From the NCBI GenBank assembly GCA_038727515.1, contig JAVYVS010000002.1, positions 32,001-96,000 on the forward strand: a DNA stretch of 64,000 bases, written 5' to 3'. The notes under the pieces are model-generated. The model worked only from the letters and a program-made list of their open reading frames with translations, made no database searches and was not told the DNA's origin. The stretch comes from Candidatus Methanomethylicia archaeon (GTDB taxonomy: Archaea > Thermoproteota > Methanomethylicia > Culexarchaeales > Culexarchaeaceae). Position numbers and translations under genes: made by a program. Each line of letters starts with the position of its first letter. Positions within the stretch are counted from its first letter, which is position 1. This document shows positions 1 through 12,800 of this stretch, in pieces.

Positions 1-1188
1 ACTTCTCTTCCTTCAACTCCTGATATTGCTATTGTAGTTACTCCAGCTGAAACTGTTCCAAAGATAGTTGAAGAATGTGGCTCTATTGGTGTTAAAGGTG
101 TTGTTGTTATTTCTGCTGGTTTTAGTGAAGTGGGTAATAGGGTTTTAGAAGATGAACTTGTTAATTCCGCTAAGAAGTATGGCGTTAGGGTTATAGGTCC
201 AAATAGTGCTGGAATCATTAATACCTTTAATAATTTCCATGCTTGTATGGAGTTTAGGGTTCCTCGAGGTCCTATTTCACTTATTTCTCAAAGTGGAGCT
301 GTCGGTGGTATTCTATTTGCTTATGCTAGGGAGGGTTGTATTGGTTTTAGTAAATTTGTTAGTTGTGGGAATTCTTGTGATGTTACTGAAGTTGATGTTC
401 TTGAATATTTTTTGAAGGATGAGGATACTGGTTCCATAGCTTTATACATTGAGACTGTTCATGATGGTTTTAAATTTGTTGATGTTTGTAGGAGGTTTAA
501 AGGTGTTAAACCCATTATTGCTTTTAAAGCCGGTAGATATCATGCTGGTAGTAGAGCTGCATCTTCACATACAGGTGCTATAGCTTCCCCATACCATATA
601 TACTCAAGTTTATTTAAGCAATTTAATATTTTTGAAGCTCCAAGTTTAAGTACTTTCTTTTCATCATCAAAGTTTTCTGGTTTGAATATTAAGGTTAGTG
701 GTTCTAGAATTGTTATTGTAACTAATTCTGGTGGTCCTGGTGTTGTAGCTACTGATTTATGTGAATCCCTCGGCTTTTCTCTACCTGAACCTTCAAATTC
801 TTTGAAAAATAAGCTTAGTTCATTTCTATCGCCAATATGTTCTTTAAGGAATCCAATAGATGTTACAGCTATTGGCGGTTATGAATGGTATTATAGGGTT
901 TTGAAGGAAATTGCTTTATCTGGTGAGTATGATTTAGCTCTAGTTATATGTGTACCTCCAAGTTTTGTAAATCCCATGGAAGTTGCTAAAGCTATATATG
1001 ATTTCCACAAATTAGGTTTTAATATGCCTATTTTCCCATGTTTTATGTATGGAGATATGGTTAGGGAATGTATTAAATATTTGGAGAGTAGAGGTATTCC
1101 ATGTGCATTAAGTATCGAAGATGCTGTTTATGCTGCTTACTCAATAGTTTATTTCGGAGGTGTAAGTATTGGATCCCCTACTAGGTGA
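1..1188 (+). CDS. acdA: ADP-forming acetate/acyl-CoA synthetase alpha subunit (5'-partial)
   Basis: Frame is open from base 1 (TSLPSTPDIAIVVTPAETVP...). Motifs VIGPNSAG, ISQSGA, the phospho-His loop ASSHTGAIA, TNSGGPGV and NPIDVT are present. Confidence 0.9.
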   Translation, partial: TSLPSTPDIAIVVTPAETVPKIVEECGSIGVKGVVVISAGFSEVGNRVLEDELVNSAKKYGVRVIGPNSAGIINTFNNFHACMEFRVPRGPISLISQSGAVGGILFAYAREGCIGFSKFVSCGNSCDVTEVDVLEYFLKDEDTGSIALYIETVHDGFKFVDVCRRFKGVKPIIAFKAGRYHAGSRAASSHTGAIASPYHIYSSLFKQFNIFEAPSLSTFFSSSKFSGLNIKVSGSRIVIVTNSGGPGVVATDLCESLGFSLPEPSNSLKNKLSSFLSPICSLRNPIDVTAIGGYEWYYRVLKEIALSGEYDLALVICVPPSFVNPMEVAKAIYDFHKLGFNMPIFPCFMYGDMVRECIKYLESRGIPCALSIEDAVYAAYSIVYFGGVSIGSPTR

Positions 1189-3025
1189 AGCTGGTTTAAA
1201 ATTGCTTCTCATGGGTAATGAAGCTATTGCTAGAGGTGCTATTGAAGGTGGTGTACATTTTGTATCTGGATATCCTGGAACTCCCTCTTCTGAAGTTATA
1301 ATGTCTCTATCTAAAGTTTCAAGTAAACTTGGAATTTTCGTTGAATGGTTTGTTAATGAGAAAGTTGCTTTTGAAGCTGCTTTTTCAGCTTCTTCTGCTG
1401 GTTTAAGATCTATGGTGACTATGAAAGCTCCTGGAATTAATGTGGCTTCTGATGCACTTCTATCTGCAGCTTATGCTGGTATTAATGGTGGTATGATAAT
1501 TTTAGTTGCTGATGATCCTGGTCCACATACCACTCAGACTGAGCAGGATAGTAGATTTTATGCGCTTCTAGCCAATCTACCTATGATTGAACCCTCAACC
1601 CCTCAAGAAGCTAAAGATATGGTGGTTTGGGGTTTAAACTTCTCTGAAGAAGTTGGTTTACCAGTCATCCTTAGAACTACAACTAGAGTTAATCATACTT
1701 CATCTGATGTGATTTTAGGTGAAATTCATCGTTTCGATCGTAAACCTAAATTTCCCAGGGATCCCCCTAGATATGTTCGTGCTTCTATGAAATGGAATTT
1801 AGATAGGCATATTTGGCTTAATAAACGTATGTATTTTGTTGATTCTATAGCTTCCAATTGCCCATTTAATATTTTAGATTTGAAAGGAGATATAGGTATT
1901 ATTACTAGTGGTGTTAGTTATAATTATGTTTTAGAAGCTTTGGGTAGATTAAAGGTTGATTCATGTTCAATATTGAAGCTTGGCTTAACAAATCCTATAC
2001 CCACTAAAGTTTTAAGAGATTTTCTTTCACATTGTAGAAAGATTTTGTTTGTGGAAGAACTTGAACCATTCTTAGAGGATAGAATTAGAGCTATATCTAC
2101 AACGTTTGGTTTTGGAAATGTTTTTTATGGTAAATTTGATGGTCTTCTTCCGAGGGAGGGTGAATTTAATGTTGAAATTGTGGAAAATGCTTTATCACGC
2201 TTTCTAGGTTTAAAACATGAAATTAATAGTTCAACTATTAGTTCCTTTGAAGTTCCTCCAAGAAGTCCAATTATGTGTTCTGGGTGTCCTCATAGATCTT
2301 CTTATTATGCTCTTTTAAAGGCTATTAGAGATTCTGGTTTTAAACGTGAAGATATTCCAATTTTTGGCGATATTGGATGTTATGCTTTAAGTTTGCAAAA
2401 GCCTTTGGAAGCCATATGGACGGAGCATTGTATGGGTGCAAGTATATCTATGGCTTTAGGTTTAAAGCTTTCAGGATACGATAAACCTGTTATAGCCACT
2501 ATTGGTGATTCAACCTTCTTCCATGCTGGTATTCCAGCCTTAATTGATGCAGTTCATTTTGATGCCAATATTATTGTCATCATTCTTGATAATGGTACTA
2601 CAGCTATGACTGGTCATCAACCACATCCAGGTGTTGGTTTTAAAGCTGATGGTTCTTCAGCTAAATATGTTGATATAGTGAATGTAGTTAAAGGTATTGG
2701 TGTTGAAAAAGTTGAAGTTATAGATCCTTATGATATTCCACAGAGTATTGAAGCTTTTAAAAGAGCCTTAAAGAATGAAAGTAGTGTTTATGTTGTTGTG
2801 GCTAGAAGGGAATGTGCTATTCTAGCTAGGAGGATGGGTAAACATTACCATAAGGTTTCAGTAAATTATGATTTATGTAGGAAATGTAAGATCTGTATAT
2901 CTACCTTTGCTTGTCCAGCTATGTATTGGGATCCTTTAAAAGGGCCTATGTTATTGGAGCAGTATTGTACTGGGTGTGGGTCATGTGCATATGTATGCCC
3001 ATTTAAAGCTATTGAGGTGAGTTAA
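1169..3025 (+). CDS. iorA: Indolepyruvate:ferredoxin oxidoreductase alpha subunit
   Basis: LLMGNEAIARG, YPGTPSSE, NEKVA, CSGCPH, GDIGCY, TPP motif GDSTFFH...LDNGTTAMTG, and two C-terminal 4Fe-4S motifs. Confidence 0.93.
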   Translation: MDPLLGEAGLKLLLMGNEAIARGAIEGGVHFVSGYPGTPSSEVIMSLSKVSSKLGIFVEWFVNEKVAFEAAFSASSAGLRSMVTMKAPGINVASDALLSAAYAGINGGMIILVADDPGPHTTQTEQDSRFYALLANLPMIEPSTPQEAKDMVVWGLNFSEEVGLPVILRTTTRVNHTSSDVILGEIHRFDRKPKFPRDPPRYVRASMKWNLDRHIWLNKRMYFVDSIASNCPFNILDLKGDIGIITSGVSYNYVLEALGRLKVDSCSILKLGLTNPIPTKVLRDFLSHCRKILFVEELEPFLEDRIRAISTTFGFGNVFYGKFDGLLPREGEFNVEIVENALSRFLGLKHEINSSTISSFEVPPRSPIMCSGCPHRSSYYALLKAIRDSGFKREDIPIFGDIGCYALSLQKPLEAIWTEHCMGASISMALGLKLSGYDKPVIATIGDSTFFHAGIPALIDAVHFDANIIVIILDNGTTAMTGHQPHPGVGFKADGSSAKYVDIVNVVKGIGVEKVEVIDPYDIPQSIEAFKRALKNESSVYVVVARRECAILARRMGKHYHKVSVNYDLCRKCKICISTFACPAMYWDPLKGPMLLEQYCTGCGSCAYVCPFKAIEVS

Positions 3026-3026
3026 C

Positions 3027-3626
3027 TTGTTAGATGAATTTAACATTTTAATTTGTGGTGTTGGTGGTCAGGGGATTTTAACTCTTTCAAGAATTATTGC
3101 TTCAGCAGTTGTTAAATGTGGTTATAGTGTACGTGTTGGAGAAACTTTAGGTATGTCTCAGAGGGGTGGTATTGTTCAGAGCTTTATTAGATTTGGATGT
3201 AAAGTTTTCAGTCCACTCATACCATTAAATGGTGCTAATGTAATTCTTGCACTAGATTATGTTGAAGCTCTTAGAGTTCTTAAATATGCTTCAAATAAAT
3301 CCACGATATTGTTAAATTCCAGTTTTATTCCACCTATCTCCGTTGTTCTTGGAGATTATAAAGCGCCTTCTCTTGATGAAGTTAAAAGCTCCTTTAAATC
3401 CATTACTGAGAAAGTTTATGTTGTAAATGCTGATGAAATAGCTTTAAAAATTGGTTTACCCGTTGCTGCGAATATGGTTTTTCTTGGTCTTCTATCTAAA
3501 CTTTTCCCAGATATTTTACCTCCAAATGTATTGAGGGAAGCCATTGTTAAGAATGTTCCAAGTAGATACATAAATGACAATCTTACAGTATTTAATTATG
3601 GTTTAAACTTGAATTTAAGTGAATGA
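3027..3626 (+). CDS. iorB: Indolepyruvate:ferredoxin oxidoreductase beta subunit
   Basis: GVGGQG, GMSQRGG and NMVFLG motifs; directly follows iorA. Confidence 0.92.
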   Translation: MLDEFNILICGVGGQGILTLSRIIASAVVKCGYSVRVGETLGMSQRGGIVQSFIRFGCKVFSPLIPLNGANVILALDYVEALRVLKYASNKSTILLNSSFIPPISVVLGDYKAPSLDEVKSSFKSITEKVYVVNADEIALKIGLPVAANMVFLGLLSKLFPDILPPNVLREAIVKNVPSRYINDNLTVFNYGLNLNLSE

Positions 3627-3662
3627 AAATGTAATAAGTAAGTTTTATAAACACTTTATTTT

Positions 3663-4286
3663 GTGGTCGCATTGAAGTTTATTGCCCCCTCTTGGGATGA
3701 AATATACTTTAAGATCATTGATTTATCTTTAATGGTTAGAAAGTCTGGTTTTAAATTTGATTGTATAGTTGGTATTGCCAGAGGGGGTTGGATTGTTGCT
3801 AGACTTCTATCCGACCTATTGGATATTGCTGATATTGGTAGTTTGAGGATAGAATTCTATAAGGGTGTTGGAGTCCATGATAGAATTCCAGTTATTACAC
3901 AACCTGTCTCTATAGATGTTCGCGGTAAAAATGTTTTAGCTGTAGATGATGTTTCAGATACTGGTAGTAGTCTGGCTACTGCTGTTCGCCATTTACTGGA
4001 TATGGGAGCTCATAATGTTATGGTTGCTACCATACATGTTAAACCATGGTCTATATTTGTTCCAGACTTTTATGTTGATGTTACTGATGCTTGGGTCATA
4101 TATCCATGGGAGCCGTATGAATCTATTAAAAGTTTAACTTTAAAGTGGATTAAGGATGGTTTAAATCTCAGTGATATTAAGTTTAAGCTCATTGATGTAG
4201 GTATAAAGAGAGAAATTGTAGATATACTCTTCCCAATAGTTTTAAAGGAGGCTGGATTTTTAGATGGTGAAGATAGAGAATGTTGA
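3663..4286 (+). CDS. Purine-type phosphoribosyltransferase
   Basis: VGIARGG, PRPP-binding VDDVSDTGSSL, and WVIYPWE. Confidence 0.88.
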   Translation: MVALKFIAPSWDEIYFKIIDLSLMVRKSGFKFDCIVGIARGGWIVARLLSDLLDIADIGSLRIEFYKGVGVHDRIPVITQPVSIDVRGKNVLAVDDVSDTGSSLATAVRHLLDMGAHNVMVATIHVKPWSIFVPDFYVDVTDAWVIYPWEPYESIKSLTLKWIKDGLNLSDIKFKLIDVGIKREIVDILFPIVLKEAGFLDGEDREC

Positions 4287-4869
4287 TGGTGGTTTAATAA
4301 TAAATTTCTCTAGTGGATTTGAATATGATTATATTGGGATCTTTGCTTTATCTTTTAAAGAACTTATCCATAGAGATACCCTATTTAATTATGTTAAATC
4401 TTTAGAAGGACCTTTCAAAATTCAATTTTTAAATGTTAATTCCATAGCTTCTTGGAGGCATGTAGCTTCTGCTGCTATGCGAGCTTTAAGAAGTTTTAAG
4501 TATGGTCAAAATATTTCAGATAAAATTGAAATTGAGCTTTTACTATATTGTTCTGGTAAGAGGCAAATTAAAGATGCTTTGAACATTGTGGGTTTAAGCG
4601 AATTTATTGATAGTGTTGTACTTGTTATTTTTGGGTCAAGTAATCATTTGATTCATAAAGTTTTAAATGATTTTCTATCAGTATTTAAAGCTGAATTATC
4701 TTTTGATCTTCTAATTAATTTATCTATGGATCGTATTGAGAATTTAATGAAGATCTTTAATGTTGATAAAAATGAATTGGATTCCATTATTAAATCTGGT
4801 TTAAGTGTGGATAAGGCTTTAGAATATATTTTAATTGAAAGGGGGAGTGCACTCGAAGTTTATAAGTAG
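4264..4869 (+). CDS. cgi121: KEOPS complex subunit Cgi121
   Basis: HVASAAMRALRSF...NISDKIEIELLLYCSGKRQIKDALNIVG matches the Cgi121 signature. Confidence 0.8.
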   Translation: MVKIENVDGGLIINFSSGFEYDYIGIFALSFKELIHRDTLFNYVKSLEGPFKIQFLNVNSIASWRHVASAAMRALRSFKYGQNISDKIEIELLLYCSGKRQIKDALNIVGLSEFIDSVVLVIFGSSNHLIHKVLNDFLSVFKAELSFDLLINLSMDRIENLMKIFNVDKNELDSIIKSGLSVDKALEYILIERGSALEVYK

Positions 4870-4870
4870 T

Positions 4871-5416
4871 TTATCTAAGTTTCTTCATGAATTCTTCCTT
4901 CAATTTCGTTATTGAGAGTATTTGGTCTGGTTTTATTATTGAAATTCCAGTTATATCACCTATAATCTCTATTTGTATTATCTTATCTGGAGCCTCTAAA
5001 TTCACTCTTCTATCCACAATTTTTGCTACTTCCTCTATAATTTCCCTGCTACTTAATTCCGTAGCTCTTTTATTTACTGTTATTCTAAAGCTTTCATTTT
5101 CACCAATTTTCCATAGAAGTTTTCTAACAGCTTCCTTAATTTCTTCTAAGTCTGTTTTCACGGTTACTTCTATTGGTGTTACCTTTAATACATAGTGGAA
5201 TTCCCATGGCCTTTCTTCAGCCATCTCTTTAAGTCTCTCTACGATTGTTATTGGATCCATACTTGTTTTTGCTATTACTAATCCCGGCAACCCAATTTTC
5301 TCATACATCACCTTTTCTTCTCCCACTTCCCTCAATAGATACCATAGTTCAGATATACAATCATTTTCCCTCCCTCTTTGTGTTGATACAAGTAGCGTGA
5401 ATTTCATGTTTTCCAC
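4871..5416 (-). CDS. THUMP-domain RNA-binding protein
   Basis: SFRITVNKR...VNLEAPDKIIQIEI THUMP pattern. Confidence 0.85.
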   Translation of the reverse strand: MENMKFTLLVSTQRGRENDCISELWYLLREVGEEKVMYEKIGLPGLVIAKTSMDPITIVERLKEMAEERPWEFHYVLKVTPIEVTVKTDLEEIKEAVRKLLWKIGENESFRITVNKRATELSSREIIEEVAKIVDRRVNLEAPDKIIQIEIIGDITGISIIKPDQILSITKLKEEFMKKLR

Positions 5417-5470
5417 AATGCCTATTTATTTCGCCAAGCTTAAATCTTTAATGTTCACATTATATTTTGT

Positions 5471-6211
5471 ATGAGTAGTTGTATTATTGATGTTAGAGAT
5501 CTACACAAATATTACTACATGAAGAATTGGATTGTTAAAGCTCTACAAGGTGTAAATTTAACAGTTAATAGAGGGGAATATCTATCTATAATGGGTCCTT
5601 CAGGATCTGGTAAAACCACTTTATTTAATATGATTGGAGGTTTAGATAGACCTACCCGTGGGATTGTTACTGTTGATGGTATTGATCTATCTACTCTAAG
5701 CGATATTGAATTAGCTAATTTTAGATGTTTTAAGATTGGATATGTCTTTCAAACCTTCAATTTAATACCATTTCTAACAGCTTTAGATAATGTTATGCTT
5801 CCAATGGTTTTTGCAGGTTTACCTCTTGAAAGTAGACGTAAAAAAGCTATTGAACTCTTGAATACCGTAGGTTTAGGTGATAGATTACATCATAAGCCTG
5901 ATGAACTTTCGGGTGGACAGCAGCAGAGGGTTGCTATTGCTAGAGCTTTAGCTAATGATCCATTAATACTTTTGGCTGATGAACCCACTGGGAATCTTGA
6001 TCTAGCTACAGGTTTTAAGATTATTACTTTAATGAAGGATTTAAATGTTAAGCGTGGTGTTACTGTTATTTGCGCTACACATGATATGAAGATTTTAGGT
6101 GTTAGTGATCGCATTGCTTGGATTAGGGATGGTTTAATTGAGCGTATTGAACCTAGAAGGACTGTTGAAATTACTTTTGAAGAGTTATTTGAGGAGCCTC
6201 CAAAATCTTAG
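5471..6211 (+). CDS. ABC transporter ATP-binding protein (LolD/MacB-like), no adjacent permease
   Basis: [30 protein letters not shown] and [10 protein letters not shown]. Confidence 0.92.
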   Translation: MSSCIIDVRDLHKYYYMKNWIVKALQGVNLTVNRGEYLSIMGPSGSGKTTLFNMIGGLDRPTRGIVTVDGIDLSTLSDIELANFRCFKIGYVFQTFNLIPFLTALDNVMLPMVFAGLPLESRRKKAIELLNTVGLGDRLHHKPDELSGGQQQRVAIARALANDPLILLADEPTGNLDLATGFKIITLMKDLNVKRGVTVICATHDMKILGVSDRIAWIRDGLIERIEPRRTVEITFEELFEEPPKS

Positions 6212-7244
6212 CTTCTGAAATTACTTCCTTTATTGCTGCTTCTATTTGTTGTGGTGTAGCTGGTTCCTCTAATCCTCCTCTCCTAGTTCTATGACTTAAA
6301 GTTAGTTTTGCACATGTTATTATATGTTCAAGTGTTACTTCTGTATTTCCTTCAAAAGCTGCTAGTGTTTTTGCAGTTTTTAGTATTGTTATGTCTGGTC
6401 TATGTCCATCAACCCTTAATTTTATGCATAATCTTGATATCACTTCCAATAATTTATCTGGAACTTTTACTTTTTGAAGTAGCATTCTAGCTTGAATTAT
6501 TCTCCTTTTAAGTTCTTCTTGCTGTTGTGCATATTTTGATCTAAATGCTTCTGGATTTTCTTCATATTCAAGGTTTCTCTTCATTATTTCTATTCTCAAA
6601 TCTTTTTCATATATGTTTTCTACTTGTACGTGTAAAGCTAATCTATCTAGTAGTTGTGGTCTTAATTCTCCTTCTTCTGGATTCATGGTTCCTATAAGTA
6701 TGAATCTTGCTGGATGAGCTACTGATATTCCCTCTCTTTCAACAACATTCCATCCTGATGCTGCTGCATCAAGTATGTCATCTACTATGTGGTCTGGTAG
6801 CAGGTTTATTTCGTCTACGTATAGTATGTTTTGATTGGCTTCTGCTAATAATCCTGGTTCTAGTGCTTTTATTCCTTCTTTTATGGCTCTTGCAATATCT
6901 AATGTTCCTACAACTCTATCTTCAGTGGCCCCTATAGGTAGAGTTACTATCCTCATCTTTTTCCTTTCTATTTCCAGAGGCTCTCCATTCTCATATTTAC
7001 TTCTACAAATTTCACACATATTCGTTGGATCCCTTGGGTTACAGTTAAATGGGCATCCCTTTACAACTTCTATTTCCGGTAGTATTTCTGCTAATGCTCT
7101 TACAGCTGTACTTTTACCAGTTCCTTTTGCACCTCTTATTAATACTCCACCTATCCTTGGGTTTATTGCATTTAAGAGTAATGCAAGTTTCATATTTTCT
7201 TGATCTACTATCGCCGTAAATGGATATGTGGGTATTGACATCAC
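6171..7244 (-). CDS. Magnesium chelatase subunit I-like AAA+ ATPase
   Basis: [34 protein letters not shown] and [14 protein letters not shown]; no vWA domain. Confidence 0.9.
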   Translation of the reverse strand: MMSIPTYPFTAIVDQENMKLALLLNAINPRIGGVLIRGAKGTGKSTAVRALAEILPEIEVVKGCPFNCNPRDPTNMCEICRSKYENGEPLEIERKKMRIVTLPIGATEDRVVGTLDIARAIKEGIKALEPGLLAEANQNILYVDEINLLPDHIVDDILDAAASGWNVVEREGISVAHPARFILIGTMNPEEGELRPQLLDRLALHVQVENIYEKDLRIEIMKRNLEYEENPEAFRSKYAQQQEELKRRIIQARMLLQKVKVPDKLLEVISRLCIKLRVDGHRPDITILKTAKTLAAFEGNTEVTLEHIITCAKLTLSHRTRRGGLEEPATPQQIEAAIKEVISEAKILEAPQITLQK

Positions 7245-7336
7245 ACTAATCTTTGATAGACAACCTTAAATACTTGTTCCCTATTCAAATATCTAAGAAT
7301 CAATTGTCTTTTAATGGATTATTGGAGGTAATCCTT

Positions 7337-7633
7337 GTGGAATTCTGTGATAAATGTGGAAATTTGCTGGTTCCTGAGAAACGTAATGGAGAAATTTTTC
7401 TAGTTTGTAGAAGTTGTGGTTTTTCTAAGAAGTATACCTCACAATCATATAAAGTTAAGCAGGAGATTAGTGAAGATAAACGTAGGAAGATTACTATTGT
7501 TAGTGAATCTGAGGTTAAAGATTCTAAGAGGAGTGAAGAAGAGTTAGAGCTTATGGAAGATTATCATAAGGCAACTTTAGAGTTAATGGAGGAGGAAGAA
7601 GAGGAAGGTGAAGGTAGAGGTGAAGGATGCTAA
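7337..7633 (+). CDS. RpoM/TFS-like protein with only the N-terminal zinc ribbon and an acidic C-terminal tail
   Basis: GTG at 7337 follows GGAGGT. FCDKCGNLL...CRSCG is the N-terminal Zn ribbon; no C-terminal ribbon or ADE motif. Confidence 0.75.
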   Translation: MEFCDKCGNLLVPEKRNGEIFLVCRSCGFSKKYTSQSYKVKQEISEDKRRKITIVSESEVKDSKRSEEELELMEDYHKATLELMEEEEEEGEGRGEGC

Positions 7634-7677
7634 GGGCATCCTCTAATAACATAACCCCCATTTTTATGCTTTAATTT

Positions 7678-9486
7678 TTGGTGGATTTCATGGTTAGGAT
7701 AGCTATTTTAGATGATGAGAGATGTAAACCTAAGGATTGTAGTAGAGAATGTTATAGGTTTTGTCCAAGGGTTAGGAGTGGTGATAAAACTATTGAATTT
7801 GATTCTAACTCTAATAAGCCTGTTATCGCTGAATCTTTATGTTCTGGTTGCGGTATTTGTGTTCGTAAGTGTCCATTTAAAGCTTTAAGAATCGTCAATT
7901 TACCGGATGAATTGGAAGAGGTTTGTGTTCATCGGTATGGTGCTAATAGATTTAAGCTTTATAGACTTCCAATACCTAAACCCAATATGGTTTTAGGTTT
8001 ACTTGGGCCTAATGCTGTAGGTAAATCTACTGCTATAAGGATTTTGGGAGGTTTTATTAAGCCTAATCTTGGAAGATGGGATTCACCTCCAGATTGGAAT
8101 GAAATAATAAGTTTTTATCGTGGTTCAGAGCTTCAATCATATTTCGAGAAATTATCTAGTGGTAAACTTAAGGTTGTAATTAAACCTCAATACTTAGATA
8201 AAATTCCAAGTGTTGTTAAAGGTTGTGTAAGTGAAGTTTTATCTAGAGTTGATGAGCGTGGCATCCTTAATGAAATTAGGGATTCTCTAGGTCTTAGAGA
8301 GATTTGGGATAGACCTATAAATGTTCTCAGTGGTGGAGAACTTCAAAGGGTTGCTATTGCTGCTGCAACACTTAAGGATGCTAATGTATATCTCTTTGAT
8401 GAACCTTCAAGTTATCTTGATGTTTATGAAAGAATGAGGGTGGCAAAGGTTATAAGGAGTTTGGCTTCTGAAGGTAGGTATGTTGTTGTAGTAGAGCATG
8501 ATTTAGCTGTTTTAGATTATATTTCTGATCAGATATGTATATTTTATGGTAATCCTGGGGTTTATGGTATTGTTACTCCAGTTTATGGTGTTAGAGTTGG
8601 TATAAATGTTTATTTAGATGGTTATATACCTTCTGATAATGTTCTTTTTAGACGTGAACCTGTTAGATTTGATGTTTCACCTCCACAAATGGAATGGTCT
8701 TCTGGAAGCGTATTTTTAATGTGGGATTATATGTTTAAGAGGTTAGGAGATTTTGAATTAAAGGTTGAACCTGGAGTTATACATATTGGGGAAGTTATTG
8801 GAATTCTTGGTCCTAATGGTATTGGTAAAACTACTTTCATTAAACTTTTAGCGGGAATTTTAAATGTTGATGAAGGTTTTACTCCTACAATTAATGTTAA
8901 AGTTAGTTATAAACCTCAATATCTATCCTTCAAAGAGGATTTAACTGTTATGGAGGTTTTAAAAGCTTCTGCTAAAGATAAGTTTGATTCTTCATGGTTT
9001 AAAAGTGAGATATTACTACCTTTAGAACTTGTAAATCTTATGGATTTCCATTTATCTGAGCTTAGTGGTGGAGAACTTCAAAGAGTTGCTATAGCTTCAT
9101 GTCTATCTATGGATGCAGATTTATATTTGATTGATGAACCTAGTGCATATTTAGATGTTGAGCAAAGGATTTCTATGGCTAGAGTTATTAAGAGGATTAT
9201 TGAGAGTAGGGGTGTAGCAGCTTTTGTTGTTGAGCACGATCTTATTGTTCAAAGTATATTGGCTGATAGTTTAATGGTTTTCTCCGGTCATCCAGGTAGA
9301 TTTGGAGTTGCACATTCTCCAAAGAGTTTGAGGGAGGGTATGAATAAATTCCTTAGGGATGTTGATGTAACCTTTAGAAGAGATCCACAAACTGGTAGGC
9401 CTAGAGTTAATAAACCTGATTCATGGCTTGATAGATATCAGAAGGGTATTGGTGAATACTATTATTTTGAAGCTAAAGGTGAATAA
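7678..9486 (+). CDS. rli1: Ribosome recycling ATPase ABCE1/Rli1
   Basis: N-terminal Fe-S motifs (CKPKDC..C..CP and CSGCGICVRKCP), two ABC domains, and TFRRDP..GRPRVNK. Likely start is ATG 7690. Confidence 0.96.
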   Translation: MVDFMVRIAILDDERCKPKDCSRECYRFCPRVRSGDKTIEFDSNSNKPVIAESLCSGCGICVRKCPFKALRIVNLPDELEEVCVHRYGANRFKLYRLPIPKPNMVLGLLGPNAVGKSTAIRILGGFIKPNLGRWDSPPDWNEIISFYRGSELQSYFEKLSSGKLKVVIKPQYLDKIPSVVKGCVSEVLSRVDERGILNEIRDSLGLREIWDRPINVLSGGELQRVAIAAATLKDANVYLFDEPSSYLDVYERMRVAKVIRSLASEGRYVVVVEHDLAVLDYISDQICIFYGNPGVYGIVTPVYGVRVGINVYLDGYIPSDNVLFRREPVRFDVSPPQMEWSSGSVFLMWDYMFKRLGDFELKVEPGVIHIGEVIGILGPNGIGKTTFIKLLAGILNVDEGFTPTINVKVSYKPQYLSFKEDLTVMEVLKASAKDKFDSSWFKSEILLPLELVNLMDFHLSELSGGELQRVAIASCLSMDADLYLIDEPSAYLDVEQRISMARVIKRIIESRGVAAFVVEHDLIVQSILADSLMVFSGHPGRFGVAHSPKSLREGMNKFLRDVDVTFRRDPQTGRPRVNKPDSWLDRYQKGIGEYYYFEAKGE

Positions 9487-9533
9487 ACAATCTTTAAATG
9501 TTCATCATTTTATATCCTTTCTTGGGTGATATT

Positions 9534-11323
<1,790 letters not shown>

Positions 11324-11374
11324 CGCTAAGTTTTTAAATCTCTAAACTCTTCCTTCTATAATGGGATAATCTGT

Positions 11375-12250
11375 ATGATGGGGAAAGTCGTACTCTTATT
11401 TGGATTCATGACTGGATTATTAATGTTAGTGGGGTTTGCCATTGGTTCAATTTTAGGCAGCCCATTGACAGCAGTTGAAGTATCCTTGACCATGGCTCTC
11501 TTAATGAATATATTCGCATACTTCTATTCAGATAAAATAGTATTAAGTATGTCTGGGGCGAGGATAGTTAGTGAAAGTGAATATCCACGTCTTCACCGTA
11601 TAGTTGAACGTGTTGCAAATGCTGCAAATATACCTAAACCAAGAGTTGCAGTTATTGATAGTAATGCTCCAAATGCTTTTGCAACTGGTAGAGGTCCAAA
11701 AAATAGTGTTGTAGCAGTAACTAGAGGTTTACTTTCAATTTTAAATGAAGAGGAAGTTGAAGCTGTTATAGGACATGAAATTGCGCATGTAAAACATAGA
11801 GATATATTGATATCAACAATAGCTGCTACACTTGCAGGAGCTATAACTTATCTAGCATATTTAGGTAGATGGGGAGTTTTATTTAGTACTAGCGATCGAA
11901 GGAGGAATGAAGGTTCTATTGCTGCTGCATTATTAGCAGCTGTATTAGCACCTATAGCTGCCATGTTAGTTCAACTAGCAATCTCACGTGAGAGAGAATA
12001 TGATGCTGATGAAGAAGGTGCGAGAATAACTGGTAAGCCTATGGAATTAGCAAATGCTTTAATAAAAATTAGTGGAGCAAAAAAAGTGGGATTAACTGTA
12101 AATGTAAATCCATCAACAGCTCATATGTGGATCGTAAACCCCTTAAGAGGAGGAAGCATTGAAGAACTCTTTTCAACTCATCCATCAGTAGAGAAAAGAG
12201 TTGAAAGATTAAAGAAAATCGCTAGAGATATGGGAATATATTACCTATAA
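11375..12250 (+). CDS. htpX: Zinc metalloprotease HtpX
   Basis: PNAFATG, HEIAH, SREREYDAD, FSTHP and transmembrane segments. Confidence 0.94.
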   Translation: MMGKVVLLFGFMTGLLMLVGFAIGSILGSPLTAVEVSLTMALLMNIFAYFYSDKIVLSMSGARIVSESEYPRLHRIVERVANAANIPKPRVAVIDSNAPNAFATGRGPKNSVVAVTRGLLSILNEEEVEAVIGHEIAHVKHRDILISTIAATLAGAITYLAYLGRWGVLFSTSDRRRNEGSIAAALLAAVLAPIAAMLVQLAISREREYDADEEGARITGKPMELANALIKISGAKKVGLTVNVNPSTAHMWIVNPLRGGSIEELFSTHPSVEKRVERLKKIARDMGIYYL

Positions 12251-12488
12251 AATCTAAGTAATCAAGAAGGATAAACCATTATTTTCCATAATAAATATAG
12301 AATGAATTGCATAACTCTACAGATAATTTCATAACTCAACGTAAGTGGAAAGTTTATTTTAACCTACATTCAACAAACTTTAAAATGGAGTGCCTCTTAA
12401 AAGGGGGATCTTTAAAACGTAGATACATATAATAATCAAAATCTCTATAATTATCAAGAAGAGATAGATGTTTAGATATAAAAGATCA

Positions 12489-12563
12489 GGGCCCGTAGCT
12501 CAGTTTGGATAGAGCGTTGGCCTGCGGAGCCAAAGGTCCTGGGTTCAAATCCCAGCGGGCCCG
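12489..12563 (+). tRNA. tRNA-Arg(GCG), intronless, CCA not encoded
   Basis: GGGCCCG/CGGGCCC acceptor stem, anticodon arm TTGGC-CTGCGGA-GCCAA, T arm GGTTCAAATCC. Confidence 0.96.
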
Positions 12564-12800
12564 TTACCTCATAACATTATTTGATGATGTTAGCTAAATG
12601 AAGTTATGGGTATTTGAACTTTAACTTAGAGATCCTAAGAAGGAAGAAAAGGATGTTGAAATAATTCTAGTTAATTCTTACCTTTATTTATGAAGAGGAA
12701 AGGAATTATGGCAGTTTTAGTCTTGTATGAGAAAGTATGTTTACAACGTTATTTATGCTTATATTAACGCTAAATCTTGTAGGTTTACTCTTTTTATGTT

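Noticed and set aside
6171-7244. ChlI as evidence of chlorophyll or cobalamin chelation
   Set aside because: No ChlD/ChlH/CobN gene is nearby, and stand-alone ChlI-like ATPases are common in archaea.
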